Below are positions 50,234-63,983 of a stretch of 64,000 nucleotides of DNA, piece by piece. Under the pieces are notes generated by a model that saw only the letters and a program-made list of their open reading frames with translations, ran no database searches and was not told the DNA's origin. The stretch spans positions 72,850,001-72,914,000 of the forward strand of contig OZ024747.1 in NCBI GenBank assembly GCA_964016885.1, written 5' to 3'. A program made the position numbers and the translations under genes. Positions within the stretch are counted from its first letter, which is position 1; each line of letters begins with the position of its first letter. Source of the DNA: Eledone cirrhosa (lineage: Eukaryota).

Positions 50234-51179
50234 CAGTATTAGTTATACTATTTATGGTTATGTAAATACAAAACCTTAAGCAGTTATAAGTATTTTACAC
50301 ACACCCTAAATAGTGGTAGGCAGTAATGTATTACTACCTTATTACCAGTAAGTTAAGTAGCTCAATGTAAAAACATCAGATGATTTACAGAGCAGTTATA
50401 TGAAGTATAAGAATCAAAGAACTGTTCAAAACATTATTGTGCTTACAGCTGTTTCCTCCAAACCGAGGTTTGGATTCTTCGGAGCAATTTATTAATGCAT
50501 GGACAGTTACATGACCTCCTTTTCAGCCGAGGGACATACCGATACTTATTCAAACATTGATACATATTCAAACATTGTGGGTCAACATTCATTACAGAAT
50601 TTAGAGTGGCAGTACACACTTCTAGATTACATTTATATTAATAGGTACAATCAAAAATCAAAAATCAAAAATACAGGTTAAAATACAACATGAAGATAAG
50701 CGGTTATATAGTGCAAATGTTATATGTGTGGCACGCATGTGCGTCTTGTTTATATAGTGTGGCAGAGAGATATGTGTGGTAGAGGCACTTAGGTAGGTAA
50801 ACAAGAGTGTTAGGTTGGTAGATCTGGTGGCAAATTCTTTATATGGTTGATATAGTCTGTGTGTGGAGAAGTATTATAAGCATTAAAAATAGTGCAAGCA
50901 TTAAAAGTGTTAAAATTATTGGAGATGCACTGCGCAGGGATGTCAAGTATTTCATGTACTTCGGCATTTTCATGGTCAGGGGAGTGTGTTTTTCGATAAT
51001 ATGCCCTTCACATAATCCACGACAATCCAGTTAGAGATCGTAGTCTGGTGTACTTTAGTTCAATACAGGAGGCTGTTACGTTTCGAGAAACGCCATTGAA
51101 TACCGCCCGGAAGTGTGTGTGTGGCTAAGGGGAGTTAATGCAGGCGGGGAGGTAACTCTGGGACACACTAGAAGAGGAA
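50233..51179 (-). mobile_element. Penelope-type family C remnant (longer copy)
   Basis: Matches 20261-20862 and extends further; carries the same variant hammerhead. Confidence 0.6.
50432..50492 (-). ncRNA. hammerhead ribozyme with CCGAAGA core variant
   Basis: Identical to 20452-20512. Confidence 0.6.
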
Positions 51180-51817
51180 GACTTGTTCTTCTTTTTGATA
51201 AATATCATCTTGGTTAAGAGAGTGGGACTGGCTTTGTGCAGTGCCTTTGCTCACTATAAAAGCTTCACGGCACAGGCATTGCTTTATATCTGGAGATCTC
51301 TCTGCACTTGTCGTCACATGGTACCATGGCCCCAGCACTATGTGTCAATAATTGTCACAAGTGTAGTGTTTGTACCAGAGTTTTCAAGTCGCTGGCTGGA
51401 CTAAAAAGTCACACTCGTTCAGCGCTTCGGTAGGGGTTCTCCTACATGGATATAAAGTAGTGGCCGTACTCGAAAACGAGTTGGCAGCCACCATGTATGT
51501 ATGTATGTATCTATGTATGTATGTATGTATGTATGTATGTATGTATGTATGTATGTTTGTGCTGCAGTGCCTTTGCTCACTATAAAAGCTTCACGGCACA
51601 CGCATTGCTTTATATCTGGAGATCTCTCTGCACTTGTCGTCACATGGTACCATGGGCCCAGCACTGTGTCAATAATTGTCACAAGTTTAGTGTTTGTACA
51701 AGAGTTTTCAAGTCGCTGGCTGGACTAAAAAGTCACACTCGTTCAGCGCATCGGTAGGGGTTCTCCTACATGGATATAAAGTAGTGGCCGTACTCGAAAA
51801 CGAGTTGGCAGCCACCA
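51180..51817 (+). mobile_element. two tandem 5'-truncated copies of the bipartite RTE derivative
   Basis: 51180-51493 and 51563-51817 match 2144-2457; each ends in (ATGT)n. Confidence 0.85.
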
Positions 51818-51959
51818 TGTATGTATGTATGTATGTATGTATGTATGTATGTATGTATGTATGTATGTATGTATGTATGTATGAATGTATGTATGTATGT
51901 ACGCGTCTATGTATGTATGCATGCATGTATGTATGTATGTATATATGTAAGTATGTATG

Positions 51960-53058
51960 TAAGCTGTTCAACCTCAGGCGTGTTACTGCTAACACTAAGG
52001 TACCGAGTACCTTGATCAGAAAATTTTTGTATGCAGATGATTGTGATCTCTTTGCACACTCCCTGAGTGATATCCAACACCTTATGGATTCTTTTTCCAA
52101 TGCGTGCAATGCTTTGGGACTGACAATCAGTCTGAAGAAGATTGTCGTCATGTACCAACCTGCTAAAGCTGAGGGTAGCTGACAGATTTGTGTATTTAGG
52201 GAGTACTCTGAGTGTGACCTGCTCTCTGGTTGCAGAAGTTGGTCTGCGTGTTAGTAAAGCATGTGAGTTATTCGGAAGTCTCAGTGACCGTCTTTAGAGC
52301 AGGCGAGGAATCACAATGAAGACCAAGGTGAAAGTGTATGCCGCATGTATACTGTCAGCATTGATGTATGTGTGTGAGACATGGGTTGCCTACAAATGGC
52401 ATATCCAAAGACTGGAACGATTTCACCAGCAGTGTCTCAGAAAGATGCTCGGTATCAAGTGGCAGATGCATGTGAGTGCTGTTGAGGTCCTTGAGAGAAG
52501 TGAGTGTCGGAGCATTCAGTGTATCATCCACCAACGGCGTTTGCGATGGACCGGACACCTCTGCAGAATGAAGGATGATCGAATTCCAAAACAATTCTTG
52601 TATGGCGACCTTTGTGAGGGTAAGAGACCACCTCACAAACCAAAGCTCCGATTCAAAGATTGTGTAAAGGACTCATTGGAAAAAAACTGGTTTGATGGTG
52701 GCTGACTGGGAGATAGAAGCTCTTGAAAGAGAAACTTGGCGTGGAATGGTGAATGATGGGTTCATAATTTTGAGGATAGATGCATAGAGCACGAGAAGAT
52801 CAAACGGGATGTGTGTAAACAATGCCCTGGTGTATCTCTCGAAATGATCGGTGTCCCAATTGAATTGGTGTGCCATGAGTGTGGAAAGATTTGCGTGAGA
52901 AAATCTGGTCTCAAGAGCCTCAGTCGCAGCCATGTTCAGAGAGAACCAGTGAACTATGATCTCCACGGTATTGTGAAGGTTCACAGGCAACCTGATGCAA
53001 GACCTGAGGCCAGGGAGATCCATAGTTGTCGTCAATGTGCGAATAAGTCAAGTCTCTA
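51960..53058 (+). mobile_element. degenerate RTE (BovB-like) RT fragment with C2H2 fingers
   Basis: KLFNLRR, FLYADDCDL, GLTISLKK, TKVKVYAAC, RLERFHQQCLRKMLGIKW, RLRWTGHLCRMKDDRIPKQ, CHECGKIC. Confidence 0.88.
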
Positions 53059-53064
53059 GCAAGC

Positions 53065-53290
53065 CTCTGCCTGTTATTGGTACCATGTAGCCCAGTACAA
53101 ACTGTTTTATGGTCGGGTGGTCGGGTACTAAACCGTCTCCCCCACCAGACCGTGGTCTAGTGAGGAGGGTATGTGATATCCCAGCAACACAAAAACAAGA
53201 GCTGTCAAAGGGTGGATGATCTCCACAGAATCAACGGCCATCCACCACAACCATGAGTTAAATAGGCTCAACAGCCTGCATAACCCTCTA
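53065..53290 (+). mobile_element. RTE 5'-leader-like structured module
   Basis: Aligns by eye with 1865-2050 and 63360-63560. Confidence 0.5.
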
Positions 53291-53413
53291 CCTATCTGAC
53301 ATATAGATAGAGACTTAGGTAGGTAGATAGATATACGTATACATGTAAAGGTAGATAGACAGGTAGAGAGATAGATAGACAAGTAGATATACAGTTAGAT
53401 AAATAGATAGATA

Positions 53414-53453
<40 letters not shown>

Positions 53454-53604
53454 TATATAGATATATAGATATATAGATAGATGGGGGAGGATGGTAAACA
53501 GATGGAGAGAGGGAAAGCTGGACACCGTAAAATGTTTACTGTCTACCCGGATTTATCTCCGATTTCAGTTAATTTCGCTCGTCATTTTAAATAAGGTAAC
53601 AGAT

Positions 53605-53743
<139 letters not shown>

Positions 53744-54236
53744 TTTGCGTTCTCAGACACGCACACACACATTTATATGTAAGAATTTCCTGTAGGTGAG
53801 ATCTAATTGCATTTCGTTGACAATTACATAGGATTAAATTTTTAAAGTAACCTAAATTCAGAAAAGCCGTAGCGTGTCGTGTAATCCACTAATTGTAGCC
53901 TGGCCTGGTAACCCTGTAATTCTCTTACATATAATTGTTCAACTTGCTAAAAATGAAGCCAAATCTTCCCCAATTCACAACCTGTGGGCGTCTCTGGCCA
54001 TTCTCTGCGGTAACACCTTTGTCATTTTGTCTGCTGGGCACGGCTGAGGCCCCGCTCAGACTAGGTGGTCTACCTCTCCTCCTTTCTATTTCTTTCCTTT
54101 CTTGATTCTTTTTCCCTTTCATTTCCCCCTTTTTTTCTTCTTTTGTGTTTCCTTTAAATGAGTTTTTTTGTTTTTGAATACCGAGATATTTCTTATCCTA
54201 CGACATAACAACCCTTCCAATATTCCGCCTTGTATG

Positions 54237-56396
54237 TTTTCTCTTTCTCTTAATTTCGAGTATATTTTTTGACCGGCCACCTTCCTGGTGGCAAGGTTGT
54301 AAAAGAAAAGAAATTGTCATCCCTTGAATCGCAAGAATGTTTTGCAAATTTTGAAGGTGCCAGCTATCGCAGCCATTTGTAGACTATGAATTAGGGAGCT
54401 GCGCTTTTTGTCCGCAAATTCAAGTTCGGTCATACTTTGGTCCAAGCGGGTTGGTATATAACCCGTAGCACCAATAATGATGGGTATGAAGCTAAAGGTG
54501 TATCTTGGATACTGGATTTGTAAACTCCTCATCAATGGTCCGTAGATGTCCTCCTTCTCCTGTATTTTTCTGACAACGTTTACATCAAGTGGGCAGCTGA
54601 TCTCCACAACAGAACACGTTTTCAATGTGTGGTCCCAAACTACAATATCAGGCCGGTTGTTCTTTAATTTGGTGGCAGTTTTTATTTTCAGGTTCCACCA
54701 GTATTCCTTAGTGCCATCTGTCTCAATATATTCATCCTCGTTTGTTGTTAATTTTGTTTTCCGAAGTGCGTTCCAGATGGTTCTAGCTATCCCATCGTGT
54801 CTCATGGGGAGGTAGTAGCGAGATGACATTCTTTCGCAGCTGGCAACAATGTGGCTTACATCCTCGATCTTTGTTTTACATAGCCTACATTTATTGTCAG
54901 CTGCTGGTCCTCCTCTTTTGTGCAGCAGATATTTGGTAGGGAGTTCTTGTTCCTGTATTGCATAGAGATATCCCTCAAGGTGTGATGTCATAAACTTGTC
55001 GGAACTCCATGCCAGGCTTTTTGAGTGGTTTATCTCCTCTATGGTCTGTGTTTTACGCCTCAAGTATCCATGCACAACTTTCTCTGTAAATTGGTCAATT
55101 TTTTTTTCTTGTTTGAACATTGAATAGGATCTTCCGATTTCTCTGGGTTAGAGATTTATATCAGGCTTTATTCCATATCTCTCCTCCAGATCAGTCGCTA
55201 TTCTAATGATATTTCTTTTTTCATGCTCATAAACCTGAGCAAGATGGTTGCCAACCCTTTTCCTCTGTTGAAGGTGTTGCTTCAGTGTTACTATCCGGGT
55301 CTCATATGTTGTTAATATTGATTTTAGACCCCGGCCACCTTCCTTGCGTGAGAAGTATAGCCTATCCACATCACCATTGATGTTAAAGTTCCCAGTAACA
55401 CTGAGAAGTTTTCGAGTTCTAACATCCATCTCACTTAGTTCTTGCAATGACCAGTTCAGTAGGCCAAATGTTGGCGTTAGAATTGGCACAGCATAGGTAT
55501 TGTGGGCAATGTATTTGTTGTATGCTGACAGTTCTGATGACCATATTTTCTTTACTCTTCTGAGGTATTCAGTTCTGGTTCTCTCCTTATTTATGGGTCC
55601 ATCATATCTGACATTCTCATCCTGTCCAAGATATCTGTAGTTGTCACCTGACTGTAGAGGTTGTATTGTCAGGCCGTTCATCTCTAGATTTCTAGAGGAG
55701 GGCACAGCTCTTCCACGTTTTACTGCCAAATATGCACACTTGGACTCACCAAATTTCATTTTGATGTCGGTTGAAAATTGTGTAATGAGGTCCAATTGTT
55801 TCTTGATGTCATTGATATTTGGTCCATACAACTTCAGGTCATCAACAAAGAAAAGATGGGAGATACTTCTGGGCCAACTTCTTTGTCCACCTTGTTTCCT
55901 GAGTAGGTAAGATAGTGGATTCAGTGAGAGAACGAAGAGTAGTACTGACAAGCTATCACCCTGAAAGATGCCCTTCTGGTAATGTATCTTATCAGTCTTA
56001 ACCTGCTCCTTCTCACCTCTAAGGATCAAATTGGTGTACCAGTTCTTGGTCAGGCGTTCAACAGCAGCTACCAATGGTTGTGGGACTTTAGCTAACTGTA
56101 AAGCCTTAATAATCCACCCATGAGGTACACTATCAAATGCTTTTTGATAGTCCAGCCACACGACAGTCATGTTTCTGCGATTCTTTGTTGTTTTTTCTTG
56201 AATCATTTTGTTAGTTAGTAGGTGATCTATGCAACCCCACACCTCCCTCTTTCCACCAGCTTGCTCAGGTGTTATGATGTTGTTGGTAGCACAGTGATCC
56301 TGTAAGAACAGGTTAAGGCACCCAGTATATAATTTATACATGATGTTTTGGCAGGCAATTGGGCGGTAATTTTTAGCAAGGGTGGTTTGGCTATTT
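54237..56396 (-). mobile_element. 5'-truncated copy of the (ATAC)n-associated R4/Dong-like family
   Basis: ORFs 55148-56341 and 54317-55120, near-identical to 2522-4680; short ATAC tail. Confidence 0.93.
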
Positions 56397-56403
56397 ATGT
56401 ATG

Positions 56404-58513
56404 TTTTCTCTTTCTCTTAATTTTGAGTATATTTTTTTGACCGGCCACCTTCCTGGTGGCAAGGTTGTAAAAGAAAAGAAATTGTCATCCCTTGAATCGC
56501 AAGAATGTTTTGCAAATTTTGAAGGTGCCAGCTATCGCAGCCATTTGTAGACTATGAATTAGGGAGCTGCGCTTTTTGTCCGCAAATCCAAGTTCAGTCA
56601 TACTTTGGTCCAAGCGGGTTGGTATATAACCCGTAGCACCAATAATGATGGGTATGAAGCTAAAGGTGTATCTTGGATACTGGATTTGTAAACTCCTCAT
56701 CAATGGTCCGTAGATGTCCTCCTTCTCCTGTATTTTTCTGACAACGTTTACATCAAGTGGGCAGCTGATCTCCACAACAGAACACGTTTTCAATGTGTGG
56801 TCCCAAACTACAATATCAGGCCGGTTGTGCTTTAATCTGGTGGCAGTTTTTATTTTCAGGTTCCACCAGTATTCCTTAGTGCCATCTGTCTCAATATATT
56901 CTTCCTCGTTTGTTGTTAATTTTGTTTTCCGAAGTGCGTTCCAGATGGTTCTAGCTATCCCATCGTGTCTCATGGGGAGGTAGTAGCGAGATGACATTCT
57001 TTCGCAGCTGGCAACAATGTGGCTTACATCCTCGATCTTTGTTTTACATAGCCTACATTTATTGTCAGCTGCTGGCCCTCCTCTTTTGTGCAGCAGATAT
57101 TTGGTAGGGAGTTCTTGTTCCTGTATTGCATAGAGATATCCCTCAAGGTGTGATGTCATAAACTTGTCGGAACTCCATGCCAGGCTTTTTGAGTGGTTTA
57201 TCCCCTCTATGGTCTGTGTTTTACGCCTCAAGTATCCATGCACAACTTTTTCTGTAAATTGGTCAATTTTTTTTTCTTGTTTGAACATTGAATAGGATCT
57301 TCCGATTTCTCTGGGTGAGAGATTTATATCGGGCTTTATTCCATATCTCTCCTCCAGATCAGTCGCTATTCTAATGATATTTCTTTTTTCATGGTCATAA
57401 ACCTGGGCAAGATGGTTGCCAACCTTTTTCCTCTGTTGAAGGTGTTGCTTCAGTGTCACTATCCGGGTCTCATATGTTGTTAATATTGATTTTAGACCCC
57501 GACCACCTTCCTTGCGTGAGAAGTATAGCCTATCCACATCACCATTGATGTTAAAGTTCCCAGTAACACTGAGAAGTTTTCGAGTTCTAACATCCATCTC
57601 ACTTAGTTCTTGCAATGACCAGTTCAGTAGGCCAAATGTTGGCGTTAGAATTGGCACAGCATAAGTATTGTGGGCAATGTATTTGTTGTATGCTGACAGT
57701 TCTGATGACCATATTTTCTTTACTCTTCTGAGGTATTCAGTTCTGGTTCTCTCCTTATTTATGGGTCCATCATATCTGACATTCTCATCCTGTCCAAGAT
57801 ATCTGTAGTTGTCACCTGACTGCAGAGGTTGTATTGTCAGGCCGTTCATCTCTAGATTTCTAGAGGAGGGCACAGCTCTTCCACGTTTTACTGCCAAATA
57901 TGCACACTTGGACTCACCAAATTTCATTTTGATGTCGGTTGAAAATTGTGTAATGAGGTCCAATTGTTTCTTGATGTCATTGATATTTGGCCCATACAAC
58001 TTCAGGTCATCAACAAAGAAAAGATGGGAGATACTTCTGGTCCCACTTCCTTGTCGACCTTGTTTCCTGAGTAGGTAAGATAGTGGATTCAGTGAGAGAA
58101 CGAAGAGTAGCACCGACAAGCTATCACCCTGAAAGATGCCCTTCTGGTAATGTATCTTATCAGTCCTAACCTGCTCCCTCTCACCTCTAAGGATCAAACT
58201 GGCGTACCAGTTCTTGGTCAGGCGTTCAACAGCAGCTACCAATGGTTGTGGCACTTTAGCTAACTGTAAAGCCTTAACAATCCACCCATGAGGTACACTA
58301 TCAAATGCTTTTTGATAGTCCAGCCACACGACAGTCATGTTTCTGCGATTCTTTGTTGTTTTTTCCTGAATCATTTTGTTAGTTAGTAGGTGATCTATGC
58401 AACCCCACACCTCCCTCTTTCCACCAGCTTGCTCAGGTGTTATGATGTTGTTGGTAGCACAGTGATCCTGTAAGAACAGGTTAAGGCACCCAGTATATAA
58501 TTTATACATGATG
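56404..58513 (-). mobile_element. 5'-truncated copy of the same R4/Dong-like family with an uninterrupted RT-CCHC-RLE frame
   Basis: Open frame from ~58513 to 56485 (FFVDDLKLY, CRLC..H..C, RHD, RPD, VEISCP). Its 5' end abuts (GTAT)n. Confidence 0.94.
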
Positions 58514-59135
58514 GTATGTATGTATGTATGTATGTATGTATGTATGTATGTATGTATGTATGTATGTATGTATGGTATGGTATGGTATGTATTATATATG
58601 CATGTATGCATGTATGCATGTATGTATGTATGGTATGGTATGGTATGTATGTATTATATATGTATGTATGCATGTATGTATGTATGTATGTATGTATGGT
58701 ATGGTATGGCATGTATGTATTATATATGTATGTATGCATGTATGTATGTATGTATGTATGTATGTATGGTATGGTATGTATGTATTATATTTGTATGCAT
58801 GTATGTATGTATGGTATGGTATGTATGTATTATATATGTATGTATGCATGTATGTATGTATGTGTGTATGTATGGTATGTATGTATTATATATGTATGTA
58901 TGCATGTATGTATGTATGTGTGTATGTATGGTATGTATGTATTATATATGTATGTATGCATGTATGTATGTATGTGTGTATGTATGGTATGTATGTATTA
59001 TATATGTATGTATGCATGTATGTATGTATGTGTGTATGTATGGTATGTATGTATGCATGTATGTATGTATGTGTGTATGTATCGTATGTATGTATTATAT
59101 ATGTATGTATGCATGTATGTATGTATGTATATATG
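58514..59135. repeat. compound (GTAT)n-derived array with a ~56-bp higher-order unit
   Basis: Recurring GTATGTATGTATTATATATGTATGTATGCATGTATGTATGTATGTGTGTATGTATG. Confidence 0.9.
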
Positions 59136-59680
59136 TAATAGCGTGTTTTGTTTTCATATAAACAGCTATATAAAACAAAATAACTTACTATCTACAGTTC
59201 TTTAAAAAGTAATACAAAATACTAAGGGGAGGGGGGAGCATGTGGTCGCAGCTATAAAAAAGTTGGGGTGAGCATGGCTGGACCTTGAGGATACGTCTGG
59301 TCAATCAGATTTTACATGGAGATTGAAAATAAAAAGGAGAAAAAGAAAGAAGGATCAAGCGGCGAAAGAGAGGGAGGGGGAGGGACAGTCACTATACCTC
59401 AGTCTGAGCGGTGCCTGAGCTTCGACCCACGGACTAAACGGCAAAAGCGTTACCACGGAGAAAGGCCTGAGACACCCGCCGCAACAGTCATCCGACCTCA
59501 TGTGACCCTCTTCAAGTGGGCCACCGTATTTCCGACGTTACGGAGGAAATCAGTAGTGCAGGGACCGAGGACACCAGAGGTCTCAGCAAAGAGCGGTACA
59601 AAGAGGAAGCGTTCAATCAGGTCCCCGTATTTAACAATCTTCTCTGCATTGCAGACAGCAAAATCCTTATGGCAATGTTG

Positions 59681-59923
59681 CAGCCAGGTCAGAGCAGGGT
59701 CTATGAGAGGGGAGTTCAGCCAGGTCAGAGCAGGGCCTATGAGAGGGGTGTCCAGCCAGGTCAGAGCAGGGCCTATGAGAGGGGAGTCCAGCCAGGTCAG
59801 AGCAAGGTCTATGAGAGGGGAGTCCAGCCAGGTCAGAGCAGGGCCTATGAGAGGGGAGTTCAGCCAGGTCAGAGCAGGGCCTATGAGAGGGGTGTCCAGC
59901 CAGGTCAGAGCAGGGCCTATGAG
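59681..59923. repeat. 36-bp GC-rich minisatellite, ~6.7 copies
   Basis: CAGCCAGGTCAGAGCAGGGCCTATGAGAGGGG(A/T)GT(T/C) in tandem. Confidence 0.96.
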
Positions 59924-60195
59924 ACACTCGTTGACGAGCTGCTACCAAGATGAAAACTACTGTGAAATCCCACAATGAATTTTATACTTGAATTTTCAAA
60001 TCTCAAATTTTAACTCTTCTTATTATTAATTTTTTTTAATATTAATCAACATTTGAAAAGATGGCTTTTGCAGACCCATCGAAACCGGTCATTTTTTATA
60101 CCCTTTATTATTTCCTTACCTTATAAAATTATATGTTTTTTCACAAAAAAGTATTCTGTCTCTTATATATTCCATGTGCCATTACCAACCTCAAT

Positions 60196-60230
<35 letters not shown>

Positions 60231-60650
60231 TATTTGTTGGTTATATATATATATTATTTGTTGGTTATTTGTTGGAGATTTCTTCATAGAAGCCTTATTC
60301 TTATAGCCTGGTCTATTCGATTTTTTATATGGTTAATTATGCTAATTGGGAGAGGAAATGGTATATATTTTATCTGGTGATTCTATAGACATGTTTTATG
60401 ATATATATATTCAAAATGGGTGCGTGGGTGGGGGCACACGGGACAAAGACAACGGAAACAACAACGGAAAGAGGGACAGTCCCATCTCCTCAGTCAACTT
60501 CTGGAAATCACCAAGGTTTCGGTATTTTTGTATGTTGATGTTGTTCATTCCAGTGCAGATGGGAACATAACAAAACAAGTAGAGACAAGTTATGCTTTTA
60601 GGTGAATTACACAAATATAGAAGAAAAAGCATCAGAAGTGAATCAATTAG

Positions 60651-60751
<101 letters not shown>

Positions 60752-61035
60752 AATACATACACATATACATACGACTGTTAAGTACACCCGTATTTTCAAT
60801 GAACCATGAAAATGTACATGCCATCATTTTCTCTTCTCCCTCATATTGTCATGGTTCACTGGAAACATTAGTGTATTTAATGTTTAGTTGAGGTCACGTT
60901 GGAGTGAATTAATAGCGATGGATATTGTAGAACAAGTGTCTTGGCATGAATCTCTAGGAGTCTCGCCCATTTCTATAGCTTTACGGCTCATAAATATTAT
61001 ATATTCTTTGCTTTATTGCTTTATGTATGTATGTA

Positions 61036-62748
61036 TTCTAAGGCGGGTAAAATTCCCGAGATCCATGGATAAGTTCTCTCCAGCGGTCTCTGTCCCTCAT
61101 TATCGCTGCCATGTCCTGCGTCTCCAATAGACCAGTGTCTGTCCTTAGGGCATCAACATACGTTAACCTTGGTCTTCCTCTTCTAGTGTGTTCATGTAGG
61201 GTCTCCCAAAGGAGCACTGAGTGCAATGTCAACTCTGGATGTCGGTGAGCATGTCCAGCTAACCTCAGTCTCCTCTGTGTCACTTTTGAGCTGACTTTTG
61301 GGATGCTCCCATACAGCTCTGAGTTTTTCATCCTCAGTGTATACTGATTAATGTTCAGAGCCATCCTCAGCATTCTCGTGTAGCACCCATCCACCATCTG
61401 AGTGAGTTTCTTGGTCAGTGTCCAAGTCTCAGACCCATACAGCAGCACAGACTCCACTACAGCAATGAAGAGGCGGATTTTCAGGTCTCTACGAAGGTCC
61501 GACTTCCACACCGATCTCAAGCTGTGGCACGCCGCCCAGGCCTTGCTCTTCCTCTCAACCACATCATCTTCCGTATTCCCAATCTTTGCTCCCAAATACA
61601 GGAAGCCCTCAACCAATTCTAGCGGCTTCCCGCTTACATTAGTGATCCCCTCTGGCTTCTCAACATTCTCTACCAGATATTTTGTTTTAGTCTCATTCAT
61701 TCTCAGCCCCACACTCATCGACACAGTCTCAACCTCCCGCATCAAATCCTCTGCCTCCTTCACTGTATTTGTCACCAAAACTATGTCGTCGGCAAATTCA
61801 GCATCCGATACCTTTTTCGCCCTAACTCTCCTGCTCTGAGCCGGTGCCACAGTAAAGCCAGAGTCCTGGTGTTTCTCCAGTGCAAGGCGCATACAATAGT
61901 CCACTACGATGATAAAAAGGTAGGGAGCCAACGTATCTCCCTGGAGCACTCCAGCCAGTATCTCAAAGAACTCTGTCATCCCATCAGGTGTAATGACTTG
62001 GGCTTTGGTGTTGGTGTAGAGCAGTGATATCAGGTCCACTATCCTCTTGGGGATTCCATAAGCCTGTAAGATCTTCATCAGGCAGTAACGGTCCACAGAA
62101 TCAAAGGCCTTCCTAAAGTCAATGAAAACCATGACCGCAGGAAGGCACTTTGCTCTAGCTCCCTCTAATATCCTCCTCAGCATATGTGACTGGTGGTTGA
62201 TCTACCTCCTCTGAAGCCGTTCTGGTTGTCCCTGAGCTTCTTCTCCATCTCAGGCTGGATCCTGTTAAGAATCATCCTGTTGAGGGTCTTTGCCACAAGT
62301 GACGTCAGTGAGATTCCCCTGTAGTTGTTGGTGTTAGAGAGATCTCCCTTCTTTGGCACTGGGACGATGTTACTGATCCTCCACTGATTCGGGGCAACTC
62401 CTCTCTCCAGTGCCCCGTTACAGAACCCCAGGATGATATCATCAAAATCACACCTCTTCATCACCTCTGATGCCACTCCATCTTCTCCACGAGCCTTGCC
62501 CTCCTTGATCCTCTTCTTGGCTCTCTGAAGCTCCTCTCTGGTGAAGTGCTCTGTCTCAACATCCAGTTCCTCAAACAGCCGCCTGATCTCCCCAGTGCTC
62601 TGGGCTGTGGAGGGTGGCTCTCCTAGTAGGGTCCTAAAATGGTCTAGCCATTTCCTCTTCCTATCCTCGGGCCCCGTTCCCTGGATCTGATTCGAAAACC
62701 TTCTCTTCCTCCCTGTGATCTCGTTGATGATCATCCAGCTCTCCTTAC
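61036..62748 (-). mobile_element. 5'-truncated RTE-clade LINE (RT with one frameshift near 62180)
   Basis: NYRGISL, QNGFRGGRST, FIDFRKAFDSV, GVLQGDTLAPYLF, FADDIVL, ESVLLYGSETW, RRLRLAGH; (ATAC)n tail directly after the stop codon. Confidence 0.92.
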
Positions 62749-62755
62749 ATGTATG

Positions 62756-62794
<39 letters not shown>

Positions 62795-62848
62795 TTATAT
62801 ATGTATATACGTGTGTATGTGTGTCTATGTATGTAGGTATATATATAT

Positions 62849-63035
62849 AATTGTTTCTACTTTAGGCACAAGGCCAGCAAATACCCAGTACATTACTGGT
62901 ACTTTATTTTATCGACCCCGTAAGGATGAAAGGCAAAGTTAACTTCGGCGCGATTTGAACTCAGAATGGCAAGGGCGTAACTCTATGCGTCAAAGCATAG
63001 TGTCCGACCCTCTACCAATACTGCCAATCCACCAT
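62849..63035 (-). mobile_element. tRNA-derived SINE (octopus OR-like)
   Basis: A-box-like TGGCAGTATTGG, B-box-like GAGTTCAAATCG, and a conserved body GCCTTTCATCCTTACGGGGTCGATAAAATAAAGTACCAG. Confidence 0.82.
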
Positions 63036-63344
63036 AGGTATATATATAATGATAAGTGGGAAGAACAAACAGACAATATATATTGGAATATATATTCATT
63101 TCATTAAGATTTTATTAGGGCAAAATAGTGAGTCTAGTGAAGTCAAATAGTAGCCTGGCTGAACTGTAACAGAACCTTGGTAAATGTTTTTACTATTTTT
63201 TGCACCCAGTCCTTCCATTTACTACCAATATTTTAATTATCTTGTCTCATATAAAATGCCCTGTATTGGAATTGGTTAATAAAGAATTTGGAGGGATTTA
63301 CTAAAATCATTAATTATTTATTTAATAAGATGGTATTTGTATGT

Positions 63345-63680
63345 TGGTCGTGTTAGGTTTCTACCTGATACTGATACCATGTAACACAGGACAGCCTACT
63401 TGATGGTTGAGTGGTCGGCGACTAAATCGGCTCCCCCACCAGACTCAGGTCTGGCAGGGAGAGTAAGTGAAACCTCAGCAGCACAATGAACAAGAGCTAT
63501 TAAAGATGAACTCCCCAGAATCACCGTCCATCCACCTTAACTATGGGTTCAATAGCCTCCCCAACTCGCAATTGCCCAAGCTACATCCCTGAAGAGATAA
63601 CCAAAACCAAAGTGAAAGCAGGGGACGTCAACCTGGGAGTGGTTCCTTCAACGGGAGCGAGAAGGGATTGGATTTGTAAC
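63345..63680 (+). mobile_element. diverged RTE 5'-leader-like module
   Basis: ACCATGTA...GGCGACTAAA...CCCCCACCAGAC..GTCTGG shared with 1865-2050 and 53065-53290. Confidence 0.45.
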
Positions 63681-63861
63681 ATGACAAAAGCTGATGTAAA
63701 ATTATATTAGAAGGTTATTAGTTTATTTAATTAATTAATTTAATTAAGAACTCTAATGAGTGATTTTGTTCCTTATGACTCTAGTCGATTTCGCGTTGAT
63801 ATGAAAATGGTTCGATATAAATAATTGATCTAGAGTAATTGATCTCAGCCTAAATTTACGC

Positions 63862-63983
63862 TCTGAGTTCAAATCCCGCCGAGGTTAACTTTGCCTTTCA
63901 TCCTTACGGGGTCGATAAAATAAAGTACCAGTAATACACTGGGTATGTACTGGCCTTGTGCCTAACGTAGAAACAATTATTAT
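63862..63983 (+). mobile_element. partial copy of the OR-like SINE
   Basis: B-box GAGTTCAAATCC and the same body and tail as 62849-62965, in the opposite orientation. Confidence 0.82.

Noticed and set aside
56485-58611. Complete 708-aa protein
   Set aside because: The first ~33 residues are microsatellite read-through; the element is 5'-truncated at ~58513.
62935-63035. tRNA gene
   Set aside because: A and B boxes are present but there is no cloverleaf, and it continues into a SINE body.
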